Assembly: GCF_000299365.1 (NCBI RefSeq)
Contig: NC_018655.1
Span: forward strand, 900,001-932,000
Reading direction: 5' to 3'
Length of the DNA stretch: 32,000 nt
DNA from: Candidatus Nitrosopumilus koreensis AR1
GTDB lineage: Archaea; Thermoproteota; Nitrososphaeria; Nitrososphaerales; Nitrosopumilaceae
Shown here one piece after another: positions 24,376-30,454 of this stretch (within the stretch, counting starts at the first letter, position 1; each line of letters opens with the position of its first letter). The notes under the pieces are model-generated. The model was given only the letters and a program-made list of their open reading frames with translations, made no database searches and was not told the origin of the DNA. The position numbers were made by a program, and so were the translations under genes.

Positions 24376-24477
24376 TTATTCGGGATCTTCAGACTCTCTT
24401 TCACGTCCACATTGAGGACAAACAGTTTGGTTTTGCCATAACTCCTTACCACAATTCCTACAAGACTGAGGTTTCAT
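24376..24477 (-). CDS. Small zinc-ribbon protein (33 aa), below the ORF-track cutoff, upstream of the Nre gene
   Basis: Own codon-by-codon translation: MKPQSCRNCGKELWQNQTVCPQCGRERESEDPE, with a CxxC-x10-CxxC pattern. Its ATG is ~27 nt from the centre of the TATA element at 24499-24508. No obvious promoter lies in the 69-nt gap before the Nre ATG. Confidence 0.45.
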   Translation of the reverse strand: MKPQSCRNCGKELWQNQTVCPQCGRERESEDPE

Positions 24478-24498
24478 ATAGAAGATACAACAAGATTG

Positions 24499-24508
24499 AA
24501 TTTAAAAA
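24499..24508. promoter_or_regulatory. Single quasi-symmetric TATA element (AATTTAAAAA) equidistant from two divergent start codons
   Basis: The centre at ~24503.5 is 26.5 nt from the minus-strand ATG at 24477 and 27.5 nt from the plus-strand ATG at 24531. Confidence 0.4.
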
Positions 24509-24530
24509 CTTCTACATATCTAAAAAGTTG

Positions 24531-25454
24531 ATGGCAATAAATAGAATAGTTTCTTTCTTGCCTAGTGCAACAGAGTTACTATATGAGTTTGGGGTTCAAG
24601 ATAAACTGTTTGGAGTCACACATGAATGTAAATTTCCACATGAAGCTATTTTCAAACCACAAATAATTGACACTGTAATAGATTCTGAAAAACTATCCAG
24701 TGATGAAATCAACACACAAACATGTCAATTACTAAAAAATGGAAAAGATATTTTTGTGTTAAATGAAAAAAATCTGCTAAAAGCAAATCCAGACATGATT
24801 ATTTCACAAGAAACTTGCGAAGTTTGTGCAGCATATAATAACCAAGTAAACAAAGCATTGCAGATTCTCGAAAACAAGCCCATAATCTACTCAATGGATC
24901 CACACAACATACAAGAAATCATAGAATCAGTTACAAAGTTAGGGATGATTTTAGAAAAGGAATCTAGAGCAAAAGAGATTACAGATTTACTTGAAAAAAG
25001 AATTTTGAGTATAAAAAATAAACAAACTAAAAACAAACCACGAGTACTTGCAATTGAGTGGTTAGAACCATTTTTTACCGCAGGTCATTGGGTTCCAGAA
25101 ATGGTCCAAATTGCAGGAGGGGTGAATCTAATAAGCAAGACAGGTGAACATTCAAGACGTATGGAATTTCAAGAGATATTAGATTCAGACCCAGACATTA
25201 TTGTTTTAATGCCATGTGGGTTTGATGTAAAACGTACAATTTCTGAGTTTGAAATCATGTTGAGAGAGAACAAAGCATGGAATAGTCTCAGAGCAGTAAA
25301 AAACAAAAGAGTTTTTGCAGTAGATGCAAATTCATTTTTTAGCAAACCCAGTATCAGAACAATTGAGGGGGTTGAGATATTAGCAAAAATTTTTCATCCA
25401 GAAATATACGATGATGTAAAAATTCCAAAAACATTCCAAAATATCAAAATTTGA
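24531..25454 (+). CDS. Periplasmic-binding-protein type 2 fold protein (BtuF/FhuD-like corrinoid or iron-complex binding protein) without a signal peptide
   Basis: MAINRIVSFLPSATELLYEFGVQDKLFGVTHEC is the typical N-terminal strand-helix of the Peripla_BP_2 family, with ANPDMII and DPDIIVLMPCG blocks. The internal ATG at 24531 is preferred over the track start at 24345. The first 62 codons overlap the antisense zinc-ribbon ORF, and the TATA box lies at -27 of 24531. Confidence 0.7.
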   Translation: MAINRIVSFLPSATELLYEFGVQDKLFGVTHECKFPHEAIFKPQIIDTVIDSEKLSSDEINTQTCQLLKNGKDIFVLNEKNLLKANPDMIISQETCEVCAAYNNQVNKALQILENKPIIYSMDPHNIQEIIESVTKLGMILEKESRAKEITDLLEKRILSIKNKQTKNKPRVLAIEWLEPFFTAGHWVPEMVQIAGGVNLISKTGEHSRRMEFQEILDSDPDIIVLMPCGFDVKRTISEFEIMLRENKAWNSLRAVKNKRVFAVDANSFFSKPSIRTIEGVEILAKIFHPEIYDDVKIPKTFQNIKI

Positions 25455-25457
25455 TTA

Positions 25458-27569
25458 TTATTTCAAATTTTGTTCTGCAGATGCAGATGCCACAGGAGTA
25501 GCATTAACTGGATCAACTGTTACTTTTACGGTATCAGTATCTTGTCTGCCGTTATTATCAAATACCTTTAACTCAAACACTAGAACCTTAATTTCACCAT
25601 TTGCAACTGTAGGAGTAGTAAATATAGGAGTAACACTAGACTTTGAGGACAGCGTCACTGCCTCACCTGCTATTTGAGTCCAAGAATATGATAAAGGTTG
25701 GTTTTCAGGATCATGGCTACCACGTCCATCAAGAGAGACTTGGATTTTTTCATTTACTATCATATCATTGCCAGCATCAGCAACAATATCCAGATTAAGA
25801 GTATTCCTTACAGTCAAAGTAAGACTATCAGAAGCACTGAGAGTACCATCACTAACAGTACAAGTCAAGATAATTTTAGAATCACCTACAACATTTGGAG
25901 TTTTCACTAAAGTATTTCCACTTGAAGGTTCAGTGAAAACAACATTAGATGAAGAAGACCAAGAAAATGTGAGTGCGTCACCATCAGGATCAGTTCCACT
26001 ACACATTATGTTTACCAAAGTATTTTCATCAACAGTTCTATCATCACTTACAGTTGCTGTAGGTGCACTGTTTTCAGGAGATACAAACACTACAACCTGA
26101 TCAAAAGCTTTTTGATCAGCAGTGTCAGTAACTGTTAGTTGGAAAGACAAACGTTTGGATTCAGAAGGCATTACTTCAGGAGCAACAAAGCTTAGAGTTT
26201 TACCAGATTTATCAAAAGTCACAAGGTCTCCAGACAATTGTTTCCATGAGAAGGTTAGAGGATCACCGTCTGCATCAGAACCAGAGCCAATTATAGTAAC
26301 AGGGCTACCACTTACAACACGTCTGTCAGGACCAGCTGAAGCATTTGGAGGAGAATTCCTGTTAGTGACGACAATGTTTACATCATCAGAATCAGAATTA
26401 CCATGAACATCAGTTACAGTAAGCTCAAAGACTAAAGTTTCAGAGTCAGAACTAATTTGAGGAGAGAAGAAATAGATCGAAAATGATGCTCTTTCATAGA
26501 ATTTCACCACAGGTCCAGATTTTTGGCTCCAAGAATATCTTATGCTATCACCATCAGGATCAGTTCCAGTTCCCAATAATTTTACAAGAACATTTTCAGG
26601 TACGTTTTGATTAGGTCCTGCATCAGCAATTGGGGAACCATTGGAAGGAAGTACTTTAACCATTGCCAAAGCATTTGCATATCCGTTTCCAGGTGAATAA
26701 CCAGTTACTTGGAAGGAAAGTAGTTTTTCAGTGTCTCCAACTTGAGGTGCAATAAATTCTACTTCGGGACCAATAAAAGAGCTAATAGATGCAGAAGGTC
26801 CTAACAACTGAACCCAAGAAAATCTAATGTCTGATCCATCTACTGTTTGGCCTGTAGCAGTGAGAGTCACCCTTTCACCTTCATAAACAGTTTGCAGGGG
26901 TCCAGCATCAACAGTGATTCGTCTGTTGTCAATAAGATTTGAAAACAAGTACACATTTACACTATCTGTTGCAGTACCACCAAATCCGTCATCAACAGTT
27001 ACTTGAAATGACAAAGGTTCAAAATCAGAAAAATCAAGATAAATGGGCTGGAATGTAATATGTTTATTGTCGGTGTATACAAGTTCTACTTCTTGTCCAC
27101 CAGTTTGTTTCCACTGATAAGTTAGTACATCACCATCAGGATCATGTGCTGAAGGAAAGATACTCATTACATGAACACCAGGCAATGCAACTTTATCACG
27201 TCCAGCATCAACTTGAGGTGCATGGTTTACAGGATTAACAACTACTTCAACAATATCAGAATGACTTGCCCCAATAGGGTCAGTAACTGTCAATTCAAAA
27301 GTTAAAACCTTAATTTCACCATTTGCAACTGTAGGAGCCATAAATGTGGGTTCAGGAATAGAATAAGAAGAAAGAACTACAGGTTCGCCATAGATTTGAA
27401 CCCATTTAAAGACAAGTTTATCATGATCAGCATCAAATCCTTCGCCAAGTAAGGTCACCATCTTATTTTCAACAACATCAATAGATTCTATCTGTTGAGC
27501 AAATGAATCAGAAACTCCAATTACAACAAACAAAGATAATACTAAAGGTAATAGAAAAAAACCATTCAT
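25458..27569 (-). CDS. Secreted protein (703 aa) built from seven PKD/Ig-like (KIAA0319-type PKD) repeats
   Basis: Signal peptide MNGFFLLPLVLSLFVVIGVSDSFA|QQ. The repeating ~95-aa unit is DAG.D..V.....V.L.G.GSDPDGD.L.(Y/F)SW.Q..G..V.......L.F.AP.V.....L.F.LTVTD..G....D.V.V.V. Confidence 0.8.
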   Translation of the reverse strand: MNGFFLLPLVLSLFVVIGVSDSFAQQIESIDVVENKMVTLLGEGFDADHDKLVFKWVQIYGEPVVLSSYSIPEPTFMAPTVANGEIKVLTFELTVTDPIGASHSDIVEVVVNPVNHAPQVDAGRDKVALPGVHVMSIFPSAHDPDGDVLTYQWKQTGGQEVELVYTDNKHITFQPIYLDFSDFEPLSFQVTVDDGFGGTATDSVNVYLFSNLIDNRRITVDAGPLQTVYEGERVTLTATGQTVDGSDIRFSWVQLLGPSASISSFIGPEVEFIAPQVGDTEKLLSFQVTGYSPGNGYANALAMVKVLPSNGSPIADAGPNQNVPENVLVKLLGTGTDPDGDSIRYSWSQKSGPVVKFYERASFSIYFFSPQISSDSETLVFELTVTDVHGNSDSDDVNIVVTNRNSPPNASAGPDRRVVSGSPVTIIGSGSDADGDPLTFSWKQLSGDLVTFDKSGKTLSFVAPEVMPSESKRLSFQLTVTDTADQKAFDQVVVFVSPENSAPTATVSDDRTVDENTLVNIMCSGTDPDGDALTFSWSSSSNVVFTEPSSGNTLVKTPNVVGDSKIILTCTVSDGTLSASDSLTLTVRNTLNLDIVADAGNDMIVNEKIQVSLDGRGSHDPENQPLSYSWTQIAGEAVTLSSKSSVTPIFTTPTVANGEIKVLVFELKVFDNNGRQDTDTVKVTVDPVNATPVASASAEQNLK
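25500..27491 (-). repeat. Seven tandem ~95-aa PKD/Ig-like domain repeats (protein level)
   Basis: Read from the translation. The first and last units share a 32-bp perfect DNA match (25584-25615 and 27306-27337, AACCTTAATTTCACCATTTGCAACTGTAGGAG) encoding PTVANGEIKVL. Confidence 0.75.
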
Positions 27570-27693
27570 TATAAATTAGTTATCGTTATCATATAAAACC
27601 ATGATCGTGGAAATTCAACGAAAGTATATTATGTACTAGAAACATGGCTCAGATTTTTTTAAACAATGTTTAACGCGTTAAAAGAATACAAAA

Positions 27694-29073
27694 TTAGATA
27701 GGTTTTCCCCTATATTGATAATCAATGACTTTGTGAAATAAATTGTGAGAGGCAATCACAGTTAGCATTACCGCAATCATTCCAATAAAATTTCTTACCA
27801 TTACCAATTCGTTTAAAGTATTTTCAATGTTTGGGATTTCAAAAAACACATAGTAACTGTCAATCATCCAGAATACCAAAGTTACCCACGACGAGAATCC
27901 GGCAATCAAGTAACCTAAACGAGTTTTATTATGAATTAGAATTATTGAAGAAAATATCGCAATATACCAAAACGAAGAGCCCATTAGCCATAAAGGCTGA
28001 TAAACATCAGATCTATTATCCAGCCAATAGTAGCTTGAACCAACAACAGCTAATGTAAAAAGAGAAACTTGAATTAGCATTTGGTTTATTTTGAAACCTG
28101 TTTTTTCTTCTTTTTGTTCCATTTCAGGAGGATCTAATTCCATCTCTTTTGTTGCAATATCAATTGCTTCATGAACGGACTTTAGACGCACAGGTATGAT
28201 TTTTTTTATTGAATCATCAGTTACAACAGTATCATGAACTAAACTATCAATCAAAGGTCTTGCAAGCGATGCTTTGACAGGAGTAATAAGATCAACCCAG
28301 TAAGAAGACAACCTAGTTGTTAAAAATGGAATATGCAGTACAAACAGATTTTTGTTGATATATGTTGAATACACACGCATTAATTCTTCATAAGTCATTT
28401 TGTCAGGCCCTCCTATCTCAAAGATCTTTCCTACTGTTTCAGGTTTTGAAAGAGATTCAGCCAAATAGTAAATCACATCATCTACTGCAATTGGTTGAGC
28501 TAACGATTTTACCCAAGAAGGGCACACCATAATTCTTAATCTTTCAACAAGATAACGAAGCATCGCATATGAACCACCCTTTGCACCAATAATTATAGAA
28601 GCCCTAAACTCAGTTACAGGAATATTTCCGGATGCAAGTATTTCTCCAACCTCCTTTCTACTACGCATGTGTGGAGAAAGTTCTAAACTATCATTTACTA
28701 ATCCACCAAGGTAAATAATTCTCTTAACTCCCGATTCCGTTGCAGATCTAAGAAAGTTTTGAGCTTGAATTTTTTCTCTTGTAACAAATTCTAGCCAATT
28801 ACCTTTATCACCTTCCATTGAATGAAGTAAATAAAATGCAGTATCAATTCCAGACATTGCATTTTTTAATTCATCAAATTTGAAAACATCTGCCTGAACA
28901 TATTTTATTTTTTCACTATCAGGTAATTGTTTTCTAGTTAATCCTTTTACAGAATATCCTAAAGAAGACAATAATGAAATCAATCTAGAGCCAATAAAAC
29001 CAGTTGCCCCCGTAACTAATATGGAGAAAGGCCTGGAACTATATGCATTATTTATTGAAAGTGTTTCTTTCAT
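27694..29073 (-). CDS. NAD(P)-binding NmrA/atypical-SDR-like domain fused to a C-terminal multi-pass membrane domain
   Basis: 459 aa. ILVTGATGFIGSRL forms the TGxxGxxG Rossmann motif. Residues ~330-445 contain four hydrophobic helices (LIQVSLFTLAVVGSSYYWL, LWLMGSSFWYIAIFSSIILI, YLIAGFSSWVTLVFWMI, FIGMIAVMLTVIASHNLF). Confidence 0.75.
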   Translation of the reverse strand: MKETLSINNAYSSRPFSILVTGATGFIGSRLISLLSSLGYSVKGLTRKQLPDSEKIKYVQADVFKFDELKNAMSGIDTAFYLLHSMEGDKGNWLEFVTREKIQAQNFLRSATESGVKRIIYLGGLVNDSLELSPHMRSRKEVGEILASGNIPVTEFRASIIIGAKGGSYAMLRYLVERLRIMVCPSWVKSLAQPIAVDDVIYYLAESLSKPETVGKIFEIGGPDKMTYEELMRVYSTYINKNLFVLHIPFLTTRLSSYWVDLITPVKASLARPLIDSLVHDTVVTDDSIKKIIPVRLKSVHEAIDIATKEMELDPPEMEQKEEKTGFKINQMLIQVSLFTLAVVGSSYYWLDNRSDVYQPLWLMGSSFWYIAIFSSIILIHNKTRLGYLIAGFSSWVTLVFWMIDSYYVFFEIPNIENTLNELVMVRNFIGMIAVMLTVIASHNLFHKVIDYQYRGKPI

Positions 29074-29119
29074 TCATTCATACACCAACAGATGTTTTTT
29101 TTTTGTTTGAGACTATTTA

Positions 29120-29130
29120 ACTAGTGATAA
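29120..29130 (-). promoter_or_regulatory. TTRNCACTAG box (TTATCACTAGT on the minus strand), proximal copy abutting TAAATAG of gene 27694..29073
   Basis: It lies adjacent to the TATA-like TAAATAG (29113-29119, minus strand). Start-to-start spacing from the 29139 box is 19 nt. Confidence 0.45.
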
Positions 29131-29138
29131 TAATAAAT

Positions 29139-29149
29139 TCTAGTGATAA
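29139..29149 (-). promoter_or_regulatory. TTRNCACTAG box (TTATCACTAGA on the minus strand), distal copy
   Basis: It lies 19 nt upstream of the TAAATAG element. Confidence 0.5.
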
Positions 29150-29212
29150 ATCAATGAGATTTTTTCTTAATTTAGGAACAAATTTGAAGCATGTTTCTCT
29201 AAAAGTGAAATA

Positions 29213-29223
29213 TTAGCACTAGA
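29213..29223 (+). promoter_or_regulatory. TTRNCACTAG box (TTAGCACTAGA), distal copy upstream of the B12-photoreceptor-like gene
   Basis: It lies 18 nt upstream of TTATATAAT (29242-29250), which is 27 nt before the ATG at 29269. Confidence 0.5.
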
Positions 29224-29231
29224 AATTTGGG

Positions 29232-29242
29232 TTAGCATTAGT
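29232..29242 (+). promoter_or_regulatory. Degenerate box (TTAGCATTAGT, one mismatch), proximal copy abutting the TATA box of gene 29269..30111
   Basis: It starts exactly 19 nt after the 29213 box. This is the same tandem geometry as the pairs 22528/22509 and 29139/29120. Confidence 0.35.
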
Positions 29243-29268
29243 TATATAATATAGCATTAAAAAAAAGC

Positions 29269-30111
29269 ATGGTCTACATACGAGCTAAAAAGGTCAAATC
29301 AGATCAGTATCTGTATTTAGTCAAAAGCGTATGGGATTCAAAAAAAAGTACATCAAAACAAGAAATCATAAAATATCTAGGAAAGGCATCTGAGGTCGTT
29401 AAAGATGACATTCCAATAGATTATAGAAACGACCCTAAGGTGTTATCAGTTTTAGCATCTTACAATCCAAAAGATATCAAAAAAAGAGAGGACGCAACAA
29501 AAAAATCAAAACAGCAATTATACAAAAAATTAACAGAAGGAAATATTCAAGACTCGATAAAAATTTATGAAGAATATACAAAAATATTCAACATACCAGA
29601 TTTTTTTGACAGAATTTTAAAACCAATAATGTGTAGGATTGGAGACGAGTGGGAAACAGGGAAAATCAGCATAGCAACTGAGCATGTTGCAAGTAACGTT
29701 GCACAAACACTAGTAAAAATAATCATGGAACAAGTTACAGGTTCTGCAAGCAAGAAAAAAATTCTCATTTGTGTTCCAATAGGTGAAGAGCATCATCTTG
29801 GGTGTGATGTTTTAGAAACATACCTGTCCATAAAAGGATTCAAAATATACAATATGAGAACTTCAATGCCAACTGAATCAATACTGGGTTTTATAGATAA
29901 CAACAATCCAGACGTGGTCTTAGTGTCAATTACATTGGAAGATAATCTTTTAGCAGGACAAAGACTAGTTAAAAAAATCAAGGACCATGCAGATATACCA
30001 GTATTAATCGGAGGATATGCACTGCAAGCAAGGAAAATTCCAAAGTTTTTAGGAGATGTGATTCCAGATTGTGGTCTTGAAGAACTTCCAAAAATTTTAA
30101 GAAGAAACTAA
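29269..30111 (+). CDS. Cobalamin-binding CarH/LitR-like photoreceptor-type protein with a non-MerR N-terminal domain (putative B12/light-responsive regulator)
   Basis: 280 aa. The helical cap carries W128-x9-E138-H139 (GDEWETGKISIATEHV). The Rossmann B12 domain has E173-x-H175-x-x-G178 (IGEEHHLG), SITL (SxL) and IGGYA (GG). The N-terminus YIRAKKVKSDQYLYLVKSVWDSKKSTSKQEIIKYLGK is basic and beta-rich, with no HTH recognised. Confidence 0.75.
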   Translation: MVYIRAKKVKSDQYLYLVKSVWDSKKSTSKQEIIKYLGKASEVVKDDIPIDYRNDPKVLSVLASYNPKDIKKREDATKKSKQQLYKKLTEGNIQDSIKIYEEYTKIFNIPDFFDRILKPIMCRIGDEWETGKISIATEHVASNVAQTLVKIIMEQVTGSASKKKILICVPIGEEHHLGCDVLETYLSIKGFKIYNMRTSMPTESILGFIDNNNPDVVLVSITLEDNLLAGQRLVKKIKDHADIPVLIGGYALQARKIPKFLGDVIPDCGLEELPKILRRN

Positions 30112-30171
30112 CATTGCTTTTATTTAGAATCATAGTCACGAAGACTTGTTTATCACGATTTTATGGAAAAA

Positions 30172-30182
30172 TTAGCACTAGA
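30172..30182 (+). promoter_or_regulatory. TTRNCACTAG box (TTAGCACTAGA) upstream of the 60-aa zinc-ribbon gene
   Basis: The 11-mer is identical to 29213-29223. It lies ~17 nt upstream of TTTAAATA (30200-30207). A GGAGGAG Shine-Dalgarno-like element at 30259-30265 is 8 nt before the ATG. Confidence 0.5.
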
Positions 30183-30271
30183 TAAAATAATTATTTTGTT
30201 TTAAATAATTTTGAACATCAATTTATTCATAGTATGTGTTTTGATATCAAAAAAAGTCGGAGGAGAAATTA

Positions 30272-30454
30272 ATGGGTAGAACGTGTAGAGGTATTTGCGA
30301 AATGCACAAAGCAGAACCTGCACCAAATAAAATCAGATATGAAATAGGTCAGAAAAGGTGCACGTTTTGTGGAATATTCTTAGCAATAAACGATCCAAGA
30401 TGTATTTGTTGCAAAGCTGTATTGAGAACAAATCCAAGAAGTAAGAAAAGATGA
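30272..30454 (+). CDS. Small Cys-rich zinc-ribbon protein (60 aa) with a basic C-terminal tail
   Basis: MGRTCRGICEMHKA...KRCTFCGIFL...RCICCKAVLRTNPRSKKR has seven Cys, including CxxC and CxCC pairs. It is preceded by a strong GGAGG element. Confidence 0.6.
   Translation: MGRTCRGICEMHKAEPAPNKIRYEIGQKRCTFCGIFLAINDPRCICCKAVLRTNPRSKKR

Noticed and set aside
24345-24530. 62-codon N-terminal extension of the binding-protein ORF, as given in the track.
   Set aside because: It carries no family-typical sequence and is antisense to a clean CxxC...CxxC micro-ORF. The TATA box sits at -27 of the internal ATG at 24531.
27669-27682. 14-bp perfect palindrome TTTAACGCGTTAAA, 11 nt downstream of the SDR-fusion stop and ~100 nt upstream of the PKD-repeat gene start.
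   Set aside because: It is a single occurrence. It is too short and loop-less for a convincing hairpin terminator, and on the transcribed (minus) strand it is followed by an A-run instead of an oligo-T tract. It could be a factor site, but nothing else supports that.
29269-29390. The N-terminus of the B12-domain protein resembles the N-terminal segment of IS1634-type transposases, raising the possibility of a mobile element.
   Set aside because: No DDE transposase domain, terminal inverted repeats or target duplications are visible. The segment is fused in frame to a B12-binding module, so it is better read as a borrowed DNA-binding domain.
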